Source: an uncultured virus (IMG/VR IMGVR_UViG_3300008261_000014) (taxonomy: Duplodnaviria; Heunggongvirae; Uroviricota; Caudoviricetes). From it: a stretch of DNA of 64,000 bases. Both the position numbers and the translations under genes were made by a program. Shown in pieces: positions 19,969 through 30,706 of this stretch (positions are counted from its first letter, which is position 1; every line of letters starts with the position of its first letter). The stretch is taken from the IMG/VR virus record IMGVR_UViG_3300008261_000014, positions 1-64,000 of that record; one strand, given 5' to 3'. The notes under the pieces are model-generated. The model was not told the DNA's origin, ran no database searches, and worked only from the letters and a program-made list of their open reading frames with translations.

Positions 19969-20284
19969 AGATTTTAAGAAGGCAATGACAGCGATTGATT
20001 ACTATATCAGTCGCTATCAGTCTTTATATAAGGAGACTCCATTAGTTAATAGATATAAAGACAAGTGGGCAATGCGAGATTTGATTGATGAATTTAACAT
20101 TGATGTTGTTCAAAGTATTATAGATTACTACTTTAAGACAGCAAAAGACCATCACCCACTTGGGTGGTTCTATGCCAACTTTACAAATCTGCTACAATCA
20201 TCCATGGACGATGATCGTGACAGATTACTAAGAGAAGAACGTAGAAAGAAAACACAAGAGTTAATCAAAGAGATGGGGGCATAA
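19961..20284 (+). CDS. Hypothetical protein, possible helicase loader/initiator
   Basis: Immediately upstream of DnaB. Confidence 0.5.
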   Translation: MAKDFKKAMTAIDYYISRYQSLYKETPLVNRYKDKWAMRDLIDEFNIDVVQSIIDYYFKTAKDHHPLGWFYANFTNLLQSSMDDDRDRLLREERRKKTQELIKEMGA

Positions 20285-21511
20285 ATGCCAATGCGTGAAG
20301 AAATGTCAGTCCTCAATGCAGTACTGACCAACAAAGATATCCATAAGTTATTTGAGCACAACGTAGATAACTTAATGACAGACTGCTCAGACATGTGGGG
20401 GTTTGTTAAAGATTATTATGATTCTACGCAGCAAGTACCAACTGGAGAAATCATGCAAGATAGATTTCCAGAGTTTATGCCAGGACAAGCCTCTCCAACA
20501 ATTTATGCAGTTAACCAACTCAAGACTGCTTTTCTAGAACAAGAGTTAAGGGCATCGATTACTAAGACTGCAAAGATGCTGCAGTCTGGAGAGTCTGCAA
20601 AGGCTTTAGAGAGTGTCTCTGGAGACATCAGTAAGATTTCAAGAGTTACTACAAAAGTAGTAGACGTAGATGTAACAAACGTTGATGACGCTGTTGCACA
20701 CTTTAAAGAATTAAAGCAGCGTACAAAGAATGGTGCTCTTGGTGTAAAGACCAGTATTGAATCATTCGACGTATGTTTGCCAATGGGAATTTCTCCAGGT
20801 CAGTTGGGAATCTTCCTTGCATATCCTGCAGTAGGTAAGTCTTGGTTGGCTTTGCTGTTTGCAGTTCGTGCTTGGCAGAATGGAAAAGTTCCAATGATTA
20901 TGTCTCTTGAAATGACTGAGGCAGAAGTTCGTAACAGACTCTACACAATTATTGGTGAAGGTAAGTTCTCTCACAGAATGATTTCATCTGGTCTTATTGA
21001 CATTGACGCATTTGAAAAGTTTGCTAGAGAGTTTATTGAAGGAAAGCAACCATTTAAGATTGTTTCAAATGAAGGAGTTGGAGAAGTAACTCCAAACTTC
21101 TTAAAGGCTAAGATTGATCAGTACAAGCCTGATGTTATCTTTGTTGACTATTTACAGTTGATGTCAGATAACGGCAAGAGCGATCAAGAGACTGTAAAAA
21201 TTAAGAACCTTTCTAGAGAGTTAAAGTTAATGGCTGTATCTCAGGCAGTTCCAATTATTGCCATTGCCTCTGCTACACCAGACGAAGCCTCAAACCTAGA
21301 GTCAATCCCTCAACTAGGGCAGGTTGCTTGGTCAAAGCAAATTGCCTACGATGCTGACTGGGTTTTGGCTATGGGAAGAAAGGCTAACAGCGATGCTTTG
21401 GAGTGTGCTTTTAGAAAGAATCGTAATGGTTATATGGGAGATTTTATTCTATTGGCAGACTTTGACAGGGGAAGATTTGAAGAAGTGTTAGATCCTACAA
21501 TGAATAACTAA
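20285..21511 (+). CDS. dnaB: Replicative DNA helicase, DnaB family
   Basis: Walker A AYPAVGKS, SLEM, FVDYLQLM, IAYDADWV, KNRNG. Confidence 0.92.
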   Translation: MPMREEMSVLNAVLTNKDIHKLFEHNVDNLMTDCSDMWGFVKDYYDSTQQVPTGEIMQDRFPEFMPGQASPTIYAVNQLKTAFLEQELRASITKTAKMLQSGESAKALESVSGDISKISRVTTKVVDVDVTNVDDAVAHFKELKQRTKNGALGVKTSIESFDVCLPMGISPGQLGIFLAYPAVGKSWLALLFAVRAWQNGKVPMIMSLEMTEAEVRNRLYTIIGEGKFSHRMISSGLIDIDAFEKFAREFIEGKQPFKIVSNEGVGEVTPNFLKAKIDQYKPDVIFVDYLQLMSDNGKSDQETVKIKNLSRELKLMAVSQAVPIIAIASATPDEASNLESIPQLGQVAWSKQIAYDADWVLAMGRKANSDALECAFRKNRNGYMGDFILLADFDRGRFEEVLDPTMNN

Positions 21512-21535
21512 TTATTCTGTTATAATTGTAGTACT

Positions 21536-21853
21536 ATGCAAAAAAACATAGGACACAAAAAAATTCATAGATTCTCAGTCGAAGGAAGCATATACGACGA
21601 GAAGGACATTCTAAGGCTAAAGGACCAGTATCAGTTACTTATTACTCTTTACATGGAGTATATGGGGTACGTTCCACAACTTGACTTAGACCCAATCTTT
21701 AGTGTACAATATGATGGAAAAGCATTCGAATTTAAATTATCAATATACGGAATATACATAGGGAAGGCACAAGCACAATGCTATCAAGCAGCATACGGAA
21801 CCAAACTAATGGAGAGACCCTCCTATCAGAAACACAAACAGCCTCAATCCTGA
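21536..21853 (+). CDS. Hypothetical protein
   Basis: ORF with extended -10 element upstream (21518-21526). Confidence 0.55.
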   Translation: MQKNIGHKKIHRFSVEGSIYDEKDILRLKDQYQLLITLYMEYMGYVPQLDLDPIFSVQYDGKAFEFKLSIYGIYIGKAQAQCYQAAYGTKLMERPSYQKHKQPQS

Positions 21854-22734
21854 TCGAGTGTGGGTTGACTATCAAAAGCAACTTGGACACACATTACTTA
21901 ATATTCTGTCCTTTCCATTTTAATACAAACTCTCCAGCCTGCGAAGTAGACAAATCCAAGGGGCTATACTTTTGCTTCTCTTGCGGTGCTACAGGCAGCA
22001 TCTTTGATATGGTAATGAAGACTTTAAACATTACATACTATCAAGCAGTAAGACTTATCAAGAAGCACGAGACCTCAGTAGACCTAGTTGAGTTTGTAGA
22101 GACTGAGATCGAAGAAAAGCCAGTCTTCGAAGAGTATGATAAAACTGTAACTGATAAGTGTCACTCTCAGTTATTGTCATCAGACAGAGCAAAAGATTAT
22201 TTTAAGAACAGAAAGATTAATGAAGATTCAATCGACACATTCAATCTAGGATATTCTGAAAAACAGGATATGGTTATTGTTCCTGTGCATACGCCAGAAG
22301 GTATGTGCATAGGGTTTGTTGCAAGATCAATCACAGGAAAAGAATTCAAGAACACTCCTGGGCTGCCACGCAACAAGGTTCTATTCAACATACACAGAGT
22401 TGACAACAATGAGGTAGTTGTGGTAGAATCATCTTTCGATGCAATTAGACTTCATCAGTTAGGCATTCCAGCAATTGCAACCCTTGGTTCCAAGATTAGC
22501 AAGCAGCAGGTGGCCCTACTTGATAGTAAGTTTAGTGATATCGTTATTATGTCTGACAACGATGATGCAGGAAGAGTGCTTGCTGATAGTATTAAGAAGC
22601 ATTTATCTCACAAGTTTATTCGACAAGTCGAATGGGCAAGTGGCATTAAAGATGTTGGAGATTTAGAAGACAATCAAATACTGGAAACATATAAAAACGC
22701 AAAAGATATATTAAATATCATGTTAGGAGAATAG
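21778..22734 (+). CDS. dnaG: DNA primase (CHC2 zinc finger plus Toprim)
   Basis: CPFH...CFSC; VVESSFDA; DNDDAG; KDVGD. Confidence 0.9.
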   Translation: MLSSSIRNQTNGETLLSETQTASILIECGLTIKSNLDTHYLIFCPFHFNTNSPACEVDKSKGLYFCFSCGATGSIFDMVMKTLNITYYQAVRLIKKHETSVDLVEFVETEIEEKPVFEEYDKTVTDKCHSQLLSSDRAKDYFKNRKINEDSIDTFNLGYSEKQDMVIVPVHTPEGMCIGFVARSITGKEFKNTPGLPRNKVLFNIHRVDNNEVVVVESSFDAIRLHQLGIPAIATLGSKISKQQVALLDSKFSDIVIMSDNDDAGRVLADSIKKHLSHKFIRQVEWASGIKDVGDLEDNQILETYKNAKDILNIMLGE

Positions 22735-22741
22735 GAAAAAT

Positions 22742-23395
22742 ATGTCAGTTATAACAGGACTAAAAAATATCAGACAAGTTATGGATAAGCCAAAGTCTGA
22801 AGGAGTAAAGGGACGTTGGCTCAAGTTGGACGATGGTCAGTCAGTAAAGATCAGATTCCTCAACGAGTTGGACCAAGACTCACCATTCTACAATGAAAAA
22901 GCAGGCTCTGCAATCGTTGTAGCAGAACACACAAACCCAAAGGACTACAAGCGAAAGGGTATCTGTACAATCAATGATGAAGGTCGTTGCTTCGGATGTG
23001 AAATGCACCGTCGTGATCCAAAGTCTGGTTGGAGAGCACGTCTACGCTACTACACAAACCTACTAGTTGACGACGGTACAGAGCAGTACGTTGCTATCTG
23101 GTCACAAAGTGTTGGCCCAAAGGTTACAAGCACAAATACTATTTTTGAATATGCAGGCGATGCAGGTTCAGTTAGTAATCTTATCTGGCGTCTAAAGAGA
23201 AACGGAACTGGTACAGATACCAACTACGTTCTTCTACCTTTAAACCAAGATACAGAACCATTTGATCAATCAACATTGGAAACATTCCCACTACTAGAAA
23301 CAGCAGTCCGTCAAGTAGCATACGCAGATCAAGAAAACTTCTATATGGGTCTTCTTACTGACAACGCTAGTTTATCAACAAACGCTGAGTGGTAA
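22742..23395 (+). CDS. Single-stranded DNA-binding protein (gp32-like)
   Basis: WLKLDDGQSVKIRF, Cys/His zinc ligands, KRNGTGTDTNY, acidic tail; sits between primase and polymerase. Confidence 0.7.
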   Translation: MSVITGLKNIRQVMDKPKSEGVKGRWLKLDDGQSVKIRFLNELDQDSPFYNEKAGSAIVVAEHTNPKDYKRKGICTINDEGRCFGCEMHRRDPKSGWRARLRYYTNLLVDDGTEQYVAIWSQSVGPKVTSTNTIFEYAGDAGSVSNLIWRLKRNGTGTDTNYVLLPLNQDTEPFDQSTLETFPLLETAVRQVAYADQENFYMGLLTDNASLSTNAEW

Positions 23396-23398
23396 AAA

Positions 23399-26300
23399 TT
23401 GTTTCACAACCATCATTCTCATTCTTACTATAGTCTATTAGATGGCTATTCTTCTCCTGCCGAATATGTAAAACGTGCAGAAGAAGTTGGCATGACTGCT
23501 ATGTCCTTAACGGATCATGGCACATTGTCAGGTCATCGTGAGTTTCTATTAGCAACCAAGGGCACTTCGGTAAAGCCAATCCTTGGTGTAGAGGCATACT
23601 TTACAAACGATAGAAATGACCGTAGGTCTAAAAAAGAAAGAACACCAGACGAAAAGATCTATAACCATCTTATCGTTCTTGCTAAGAATGCAAAGGGTGT
23701 TGAGAATCTTGGTAAATTATCAGAGATTGCATGGGACGAGGGATTCTTCAATAAGCCAAGAATGGATTTTGAGATTCTTGAAAAGCATAAGGACGGATTA
23801 ATTATCTTGTCTGGATGTATGAATAGCATTATTGCTAATGCAATTCAAGGAGGCAATGAGTCCCTCGCCCTGCAATACACAAATTGGTTTAAAGATATGT
23901 TTAAGGATGACTTCTATATGGAAGTTCAGCCACACAATACATACCTTCTTAACAAAGCCTTAATCGATATGGCTGACAAGGTTGGTGTAAAGTCGGTTGT
24001 TACATTAGACTGTCACTTTGCAAAACCAGAAGATGCTATTGCAGAAGAGATTATGCTTATCCTTGGAACACATCCAAATGCTCGTAAGGAAGCAACCTTT
24101 GAAAGTAGCCGTAAGGTAAAAGATATGATCGAAAGATTAGACTACCTATACGGTGAAAGAAAGATGTCCTTTAAAGATTTAGACATCTGGCTAGATGGAT
24201 ACAACGAGACAAAGCAAAGAATGATTGACCAAGGTCTTGATAGAGCAGATATCTTTGAGAACACATTAGAGATTACTGACAAGATTGGATCTTACGAGGT
24301 TGTTCAAAATCTAGACCTTCTTCCAATTCCAAAGAATGACGCAGACCAAACACTAAAGGAACTTACTTTAACTGGTTTAGCAAATAGAGGTTTTGGTGGC
24401 AACCCAGATTACCTTAAAAGAATTAACTCAGAGTTAAAGATTATTTCAGACAAGAAGTTTTCTGGATACTTCTTAGTTGTGGCAGATATGATTAACTGGG
24501 CAAAGAACAATAACATTCTTGTTGGTCCAGGTCGTGGATCTGCTGCAGGGTCCTTAGTTTGTTATGCCCTTGGCATTACTGACATTGACCCAATCAAGTA
24601 TGGTCTTCTCTTCTTCCGATTTATTAACCCAGATCGTAATGACTTTCCAGATATCGATACAGACTTTGAAGATCGTCGTCGTGGTGAGGTAAAAGAATAT
24701 CTTACTAACAAGTACAAAAACGTAGCATCAATTGCAACCTTTGTAACTTTTAAAGATAAAGGTGTAGTTCGAGATGTTGCAAGAGCATTTAAGGTTCCAA
24801 TTGCTGAAGTAGACAAGGCCCTAAAGTTTACAGACACATGGGATGAATTTATTGCAAGCAAGCAGACCCTAGACTTTAGAGAAAAGTATCCAGAGGTTGT
24901 TGAATATGCTAATCAACTCCGTGGTCGAATCCGTGGAACTGGAATGCATGCTGCAGGTATTGTAACTGCAAAAGACCAGATTAGTAAGTATGCTCCTATT
25001 GAAACTAGAAAAGACGCACAAAGCGATGAGCGTGTTCCAGTAGTTGCTGTTGATATGGATCAGGCTGCAGATATTGGCCTTATTAAGTTAGACGTTTTAG
25101 GATTAAAAACACTAACAGTGCTAAAAGATACTATTGACATAGTTGAAGAAAGATATAACAAGAAGATTAATCTTTTGGAACTTCCACTAGATGACTCAGA
25201 GGTTTATCAAGATCTTTCTGCAGGATTGACAAAGGGAGTGTTTCAAGCAGAAGCAGTTCCTTATACAAACCTGTTAATTAAGATGGGTGTATATAATCTA
25301 GATGAACTGTCTGCATCCAATGCGTTAGTTCGTCCAGGTGCTATGAACACAATTGGTGCTGAGTACATTGCTCGTAAAAAAGGAAGAAAGCCAGTTACCT
25401 ATGTTCATGAAATTATGGAGCCATTTACAAAAGACACTTACGGCTGTATCCTTTATCAGGAACAAGTTATGCAAGCATGTGTATATCTGGGTGGTATGTC
25501 AATGTCTGAGGCTGACAAGGTTCGTAAGATTATTGGTAAGAAGAAAGACGCTAAAGAATTTGATCAGTTTAAAGATAGATTCGTAAAGGGTGCTTCCCAA
25601 CACATTTCAGAGGATGCAGCAAAAGCACTTTGGCATGACTTTGAGGCACACGCAGGATACTCATTTAACAAGTCTCACGCTGTAGCCTATTCAACATTGT
25701 CATACTGGACTGCATGGCTAAAGCGTTATTACCCAGAAGAGTTTATGTATTCTATTCTTAAAAATGAAAAGGATAAGGATGCCCGTACTGAGTATCTTAT
25801 TGAGGCAAAGCGTATGGGGATTACGGTTAGGCTTCCACACATTAACGAGTCCGACATTGATTTTAAACTTGAAGGTAAGGCAATTAGATTTGGTCTAGGT
25901 AGTGTTAAGTTTATTTCAGAAAACATTGCTAACAAGATTATTGCTCAAAGACCTTTTAGTTCTTACAGGCACGTACAAGATGTAGTTGGAACAAAAGGAT
26001 CTGGCATTAATAGCAGAGCCTTGGATGCCCTAAACAAAGTCGGTGGTGCTTCGTTCCACGACAATCCTAGGATTGGTAATGAAAGTGATTACTACTATGA
26101 GTATCTTGGCATACCAGAGTTCCGTTCAGACGTCCCAAGGTGGCTACAGGCCTATTTTAGACCTATTGAGGAGTACTCAGACAAAGGTTCTTTTATTATG
26201 ATGGCTTTGGCTAAATCAATTAAAAGAGGAGACGGCTGGTCTAGAGTTGAGTTCGTAGACAAGACTGGAACTGTTGGGGTGTTTGATAGAGAAGACTCTT

Positions 26301-26653
26301 CAATAGAAACAGGAAAGATGCATATCGTTCTTGTCTGTGACAATAGAATTATGGAACACATAACTACAGATGATCTTAAAGATAAAGATAATACTTTTGT
26401 TAAGTACTTGTCTTCTAAGACTATTCCTATGGCAGACGATGAGCGTTATGTGGTATCATTTGCAGGTAGAAAAACAAAGAAAGGCGACAAGATGGCAACT
26501 GTCGTTTTAGCAGATTCAGATAAAGAGTTATATTCTGTTGTTGTCTTCCCATCAATGTATGCTGCAGCGATGGTTAAAATGAAGCCAGGATCTAGAGTAA
26601 CTCCAGTGCTACAAGAAAAAGAAGATAGTTTAATATTAAAGGAGATATCATGA
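23399..26653 (+). CDS. dnaE: DNA polymerase III alpha subunit
   Basis: PHP HxHS.YSLLDG and TDHG; GPGRGSAAGS; PDIDTD; YSFNKSH; C-terminal OB fold; no intein visible. Confidence 0.96.
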   Translation: MFHNHHSHSYYSLLDGYSSPAEYVKRAEEVGMTAMSLTDHGTLSGHREFLLATKGTSVKPILGVEAYFTNDRNDRRSKKERTPDEKIYNHLIVLAKNAKGVENLGKLSEIAWDEGFFNKPRMDFEILEKHKDGLIILSGCMNSIIANAIQGGNESLALQYTNWFKDMFKDDFYMEVQPHNTYLLNKALIDMADKVGVKSVVTLDCHFAKPEDAIAEEIMLILGTHPNARKEATFESSRKVKDMIERLDYLYGERKMSFKDLDIWLDGYNETKQRMIDQGLDRADIFENTLEITDKIGSYEVVQNLDLLPIPKNDADQTLKELTLTGLANRGFGGNPDYLKRINSELKIISDKKFSGYFLVVADMINWAKNNNILVGPGRGSAAGSLVCYALGITDIDPIKYGLLFFRFINPDRNDFPDIDTDFEDRRRGEVKEYLTNKYKNVASIATFVTFKDKGVVRDVARAFKVPIAEVDKALKFTDTWDEFIASKQTLDFREKYPEVVEYANQLRGRIRGTGMHAAGIVTAKDQISKYAPIETRKDAQSDERVPVVAVDMDQAADIGLIKLDVLGLKTLTVLKDTIDIVEERYNKKINLLELPLDDSEVYQDLSAGLTKGVFQAEAVPYTNLLIKMGVYNLDELSASNALVRPGAMNTIGAEYIARKKGRKPVTYVHEIMEPFTKDTYGCILYQEQVMQACVYLGGMSMSEADKVRKIIGKKKDAKEFDQFKDRFVKGASQHISEDAAKALWHDFEAHAGYSFNKSHAVAYSTLSYWTAWLKRYYPEEFMYSILKNEKDKDARTEYLIEAKRMGITVRLPHINESDIDFKLEGKAIRFGLGSVKFISENIANKIIAQRPFSSYRHVQDVVGTKGSGINSRALDALNKVGGASFHDNPRIGNESDYYYEYLGIPEFRSDVPRWLQAYFRPIEEYSDKGSFIMMALAKSIKRGDGWSRVEFVDKTGTVGVFDREDSSIETGKMHIVLVCDNRIMEHITTDDLKDKDNTFVKYLSSKTIPMADDERYVVSFAGRKTKKGDKMATVVLADSDKELYSVVVFPSMYAAAMVKMKPGSRVTPVLQEKEDSLILKEIS

Positions 26654-26970
26654 ACTTAGATAAACTTGCATCAGACCTACACTCAACTGCTGTAGAAAAA
26701 GGATTTTGGAACTATGAACAAGATTTTGTTTTCTTTGCAAAGCAGTTAGCGATGGTCCATTCAGAAGTAACTGAAGTGCTAGAGGCACTTAGAAAAGAAA
26801 AAGGTGAGCAGCAAGTAGTAGAAGAATTAGCAGACATCCTGATTAGAGTTTTAGATCTTTATCAAGGACTAAAGGATGCTAATGTAGTTAGTCTTTCATT
26901 ACATGACATCTTAGAAGAAAAAGCAAATATCAATAAAGATCGTCCAAAAATGCACGGCGTCCTGGGATGA
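26650..26970 (+). CDS. MazG-like NTP pyrophosphohydrolase
   Basis: HSEVTEVLEALR...EELADILIR. Confidence 0.8.
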   Translation: MNLDKLASDLHSTAVEKGFWNYEQDFVFFAKQLAMVHSEVTEVLEALRKEKGEQQVVEELADILIRVLDLYQGLKDANVVSLSLHDILEEKANINKDRPKMHGVLG

Positions 26971-26978
26971 TATAATAG

Positions 26979-27185
26979 ATGAATGCCTACATTAAACGTG
27001 GGGTCGACGGAGAAATTATCTTGGTTATCCGTGGATATGATGAAGAAGTTGTAGAGGCAGTAATAAGCAAGTTACAACACGCAAGATCAAAAGCACTAAA
27101 GACATTAGCAGAACAACTAGAAAAGGATTTCAATGGCAACGACAGCACTAGAGGAACTATTAGCAAAACTAAACCCAAAGACTAG
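26979..27185 (+). CDS. Hypothetical protein
   Basis: ORF between MazG-like gene and recA. Confidence 0.45.
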   Translation: MNAYIKRGVDGEIILVIRGYDEEVVEAVISKLQHARSKALKTLAEQLEKDFNGNDSTRGTISKTKPKD

Positions 27186-28140
27186 AAAGTTAGTTCTTTC
27201 AGCATCTGAGGTAGAATATGAAAAGATCCCAACACCAAGTTTAAGTTTAAACTATCACCTTAAGGGTGGTCTTCCTGCAGGTAGACAGGTTTTATTTTAT
27301 GGATCTAAGAGTAGTGGCAAGTCTTCTTTTATGCTGCAGATGATTGGTATGGCACAAAAGGAAGGAAAGATTTGTGCATTCCTTGATGCCGAAGGAACCT
27401 TTGATAAGGCTTGGGCAGAAAAACTTGGAGTAGACACTGAGCAACTTATTTACAGTCCAGTAAAATCCATTAATCATTTTACAGACCTTACAGTAGAACT
27501 CTGCAACGCAGGAATTGATATTGTGGTTGTTGACTCAATCACAGCACTTCTTCCAGGCATATTCTTTGAAAAGGATTCATCAGACCTAAAGCCAATGGAT
27601 CAGACTGGACAGATTGGTAGTATTTCAAGAGACTTGGGAAATGCCGTTAAGATGATTAACTATGTCAATGAAAAAACATTGCTGGTCTTAATCTCTCAGG
27701 TTAGATTTAATATTGGTGGACTTTATGCAAGCCACACATTTACTGGTGGTAATGCAGTTAAGTTTTATTCTTCAACCGTAGTAAAGTTATTCTCTTCAGA
27801 ATCAGCAAACAATGCAATTGAAGGAGACACGGTAATCGGAGACAAGATTATTAAGTCCAAGGTTGGTCGTGAAGTTGCATACAATATCGAGTTCTCTAAG
27901 ACCTCTCCTGCCTTTGTTACTGGAAAGTATGACTTTTACTTTACTGGAGATGACATTGGTGTAGACCAGGTTGCTGACGTAGTTGATACTGCTGAAATGC
28001 TAGGTCTTATTGAAAAGGGTGGTGCTTGGTATACAGTCTTAGATCAAAGAATCCAAGGACGTGCAAAGGTAATTGAATACCTTCGTGAGAATAAAGAAGC
28101 ATTTGAACAACTTAAGGCTAAGGTAATGGAAGCATGCTAG
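27133..28140 (+). CDS. recA: RecA/UvsX-like recombinase
   Basis: GGLP.GR, Walker A GSKSSGKS, DAE, VVDSI, GGNAVKFYSS, KGGAWY. Confidence 0.92.
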   Translation: MATTALEELLAKLNPKTRKLVLSASEVEYEKIPTPSLSLNYHLKGGLPAGRQVLFYGSKSSGKSSFMLQMIGMAQKEGKICAFLDAEGTFDKAWAEKLGVDTEQLIYSPVKSINHFTDLTVELCNAGIDIVVVDSITALLPGIFFEKDSSDLKPMDQTGQIGSISRDLGNAVKMINYVNEKTLLVLISQVRFNIGGLYASHTFTGGNAVKFYSSTVVKLFSSESANNAIEGDTVIGDKIIKSKVGREVAYNIEFSKTSPAFVTGKYDFYFTGDDIGVDQVADVVDTAEMLGLIEKGGAWYTVLDQRIQGRAKVIEYLRENKEAFEQLKAKVMEAC

Positions 28141-28322
28141 ATCCAAAAGACTTTATTAAAAATATTGTAGATGAGACAGAAGAAGATATGGTAGATATTA
28201 CTGGAAACTTCGCATGTCCAGAATGCAATGTTTCAATTAATAAAGCAAAACTAAATATGGACAACAGAAGAATTATTTATTTCTGTTCTGATTGTAACAA
28301 GATGGCTGAGGCTAAACTATGA
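28134..28322 (+). CDS. Small zinc-finger protein
   Basis: CPEC...CSDC. Confidence 0.55.
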   Translation: MLDPKDFIKNIVDETEEDMVDITGNFACPECNVSINKAKLNMDNRRIIYFCSDCNKMAEAKL

Positions 28323-28624
28323 GTGAGCGTGGTGAGATTAAACGCATGGGTGCAAAAGCCCATAAGAATTCTGGAAGAGGTTATATCCAGAAGGCTGACG
28401 CAAGTTGGGAAGGCTTCATTGTTGATATCAAAGAAGCAGGAAAGTCATTTAACCTAACAACAGATGTATGGGGAAAGATTGTTACGGATCAAATGAAAAC
28501 AGATGTAGAAAAATATCCAGCATTAAAGTTGGTTATTGGTGAAAAACAAAAAGTAAGATTAGCAGTAATCGAATGGGCAGTATTGGAGGAGTTAGTAGAA
28601 GATGCCAAACGAAACAGTAATTGA
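28319..28624 (+). CDS. PD-(D/E)XK nuclease, Holliday-junction-resolvase-like
   Basis: E...NSG...KAD...VDIKE motif. Confidence 0.6.
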   Translation: MSERGEIKRMGAKAHKNSGRGYIQKADASWEGFIVDIKEAGKSFNLTTDVWGKIVTDQMKTDVEKYPALKLVIGEKQKVRLAVIEWAVLEELVEDAKRNSN

Positions 28625-28940
28625 TTGGATTAACGAGATTGCAGAGTTTACAGAGATTCATGAGTTTGCTCAGGATAAGGAATTAGACGAAGCACTAGCC
28701 ATGATCGTAAAGATTATGATGAAGCCAGATGTACCTGCGTCGCAGGCACCTGCATTGATTGCAAAGTTATCTGCTTTGTCTGCTAAGTTTGGAGTCCTTG
28801 CTACTTGGTACTCCACTATGGCAAAGGATAGATCTGGAACGCCAAACAACATTAAGAAGAATCTTTACTATACAATGAAGGAGTCGTTAGACAAACTTGT
28901 TGACGCTTTGAAGTATGTCGCAAGATATCAGGTGAACTAA
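28602..28940 (+). CDS. Hypothetical helical protein
   Basis: Coupled ORF in recombination cluster. Confidence 0.55.
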   Translation: MPNETVIDWINEIAEFTEIHEFAQDKELDEALAMIVKIMMKPDVPASQAPALIAKLSALSAKFGVLATWYSTMAKDRSGTPNNIKKNLYYTMKESLDKLVDALKYVARYQVN

Positions 28941-29725
28941 TGGTAGAGAATTTTATTAAAAGCATAGCCAATCAAAAGAAGAAAACCTTAGTTGACTATA
29001 AGAAGTTTCTTTCTGATGTGGATGCTGCGTATGCAGAAACCAGGCCAAGCGAAAAGTTTCAAGTTAAGAAGACTTTTTCTCCAAGCACTTTAGGATACAA
29101 TCACGGAACCTGTGCAAGGTTTTGGTGGTTGGCATTTACTGGTGGAGTTTGGAAGGAAGAAGTAAGTGGTAAGGCTATTGCCAATATGGAGAATGGAACC
29201 TATGCCCACTCAAGACTAGAAAAGTTTATTAGCAAGACAGAGTTCTTTAAAGAAAGTGAACGAGAAATCTTGTCTATAGATCCACCTATCCGTGGATTTG
29301 CTGACTTGATTTTAGAGCAAGACGGTGCAGAAGTTGTTGGTGAAATTAAAACTATCAAGGAGCAGTACTACCTCGATAAGGAAATGACCAGAACTCCTAA
29401 TGATAGTCACTTGCTTCAGATTCTTATTTATATGAAGGTCCTAAAGGCTAAAGAAGGATTCTTAATGTACGAGAATAAGAATACACAAGACCTTATGGTT
29501 ATTCCAGTGCATATGTCAAAACAGATGAAAGACTATATGGCTTATGTTTGGGAATGGCTTAGAGAAACAAACAAGGCATTTCAACTGGGGACTATTCCAA
29601 AGAATGTGTTTAGAAAGAATGCAAAGATTTGTGGTAAGTGTCCATTAAAAGATATGTGTAGAGAAGCAGCAGAGGGCACTATCGAGATCAAACCACTGGA
29701 GGTGTCAATTGAAAAAATGCTCTGA
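28940..29725 (+). CDS. Cas4-like PD-(D/E)XK exonuclease
   Basis: SPS...C.R, GT..H, G.AD, EIKT, Q..IY and C-terminal CxxC-x5-C Fe-S ligands. Confidence 0.85.
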   Translation: MVENFIKSIANQKKKTLVDYKKFLSDVDAAYAETRPSEKFQVKKTFSPSTLGYNHGTCARFWWLAFTGGVWKEEVSGKAIANMENGTYAHSRLEKFISKTEFFKESEREILSIDPPIRGFADLILEQDGAEVVGEIKTIKEQYYLDKEMTRTPNDSHLLQILIYMKVLKAKEGFLMYENKNTQDLMVIPVHMSKQMKDYMAYVWEWLRETNKAFQLGTIPKNVFRKNAKICGKCPLKDMCREAAEGTIEIKPLEVSIEKML

Positions 29726-30038
29726 GTGTGGAATTGACTTTCAGTTTAAAACTCATAATCAGAAATATTGCTCTTACGCTTGTTGTCGTAAAGCAACTAA
29801 CAAAAAGATTATGGAAAAGTACTATGAGAAAAAAGCAAGGCTAAACGGAGAAGAAAGATTCTGTAAGTGCAATGCTTTGATCAGTAGATATAATCCAGAA
29901 AATCTTTGTCAACTTTGTATGGAAAAAGATAAGAAAGAAAACAAGGCAGCAGTGAAGGAGGCTCTAAAACATGTCCAAAGATATGCAAACAAGGCAAGTA
30001 AGCGAGAAAGTTCTAGGCGTAGATTGCAGCACAAATAA
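29709..30038 (+). CDS. Cys-rich zinc-finger protein
   Basis: CSEC...YCSYAC...CKC...CQLC. Confidence 0.6.
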   Translation: MKKCSECGIDFQFKTHNQKYCSYACCRKATNKKIMEKYYEKKARLNGEERFCKCNALISRYNPENLCQLCMEKDKKENKAAVKEALKHVQRYANKASKRESSRRRLQHK

Positions 30039-30543
30039 TTTAGCATGGTGTTTACTTCACAATGATGTTCCAGTATCGTACGGTAAAATTGAATTTGAAG
30101 GCAATGACATTTTCGATAAGATTAAAGACGCTAGCATTAAAGTTAAGTCTCTTAAAGATCTACTCGATTATGACTCCGTTGCTTTTGAGGGTGCAGTTTT
30201 CGTTAACTCCCCTAAGACAGCCACGCTTTTGGCTTATGTGTATGGTGCTAGTATTGGTGCTCTTATGAAGAATAAAAGTACTAAGATGATTACTGTAGTG
30301 CCAGTTGCGTGGCAAGCATTTATTGGCAACAAGCCATTGACCAAGATGGAGAAGTTGTCAGTAAACTCTATGAATCCAGGAAAGAGTGAATCGTGGTTAA
30401 AGAATGAACAAAGAAATTATCGTAAGAGAAGAACAGCCTCTTGGGTCAAACGGCAATTTGGTATTGAGGTTAGCGACTATGACGTGGCTGATGCTTTTGG
30501 CATTGCATACTATGGGTCTTATAAGGTAAACTCAAATGGGTAA
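29971..30543 (+). CDS. RuvC-like Holliday junction resolvase
   Basis: VLGVD, AFE and DVADAFGIA RNase-H-fold catalytic motifs. Confidence 0.8.
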   Translation: MSKDMQTRQVSEKVLGVDCSTNNLAWCLLHNDVPVSYGKIEFEGNDIFDKIKDASIKVKSLKDLLDYDSVAFEGAVFVNSPKTATLLAYVYGASIGALMKNKSTKMITVVPVAWQAFIGNKPLTKMEKLSVNSMNPGKSESWLKNEQRNYRKRRTASWVKRQFGIEVSDYDVADAFGIAYYGSYKVNSNG

Positions 30544-30706
30544 TACATTTTATAAAAACAGGTATTGGATGTGGCGTAGATACGTAACTCAAAAGGCTAC
30601 TATTGACGAGATAGCAGACGAGTGTGGCGTATCACATCAGACAATTTATAGGTATTTAGTTGAATATGGATTTATTAAGGGAGGAAGAAAGTGGTCAAAA
30701 AATTGA
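30536..30706 (+). CDS. Small HTH protein (56 aa, not in ORF track)
   Basis: Manual translation gives ...TIDEIADECGVSHQTIYRYL... classic HTH. Confidence 0.7.
   Translation: MGNTFYKNRYWMWRRYVTQKATIDEIADECGVSHQTIYRYLVEYGFIKGGRKWSKN

Noticed and set aside
28940..29725. Cas4-like gene as evidence for a CRISPR-Cas system
   Set aside because: No repeat-spacer array or other cas genes seen; solo Cas4-like nucleases are common in phage recombination clusters
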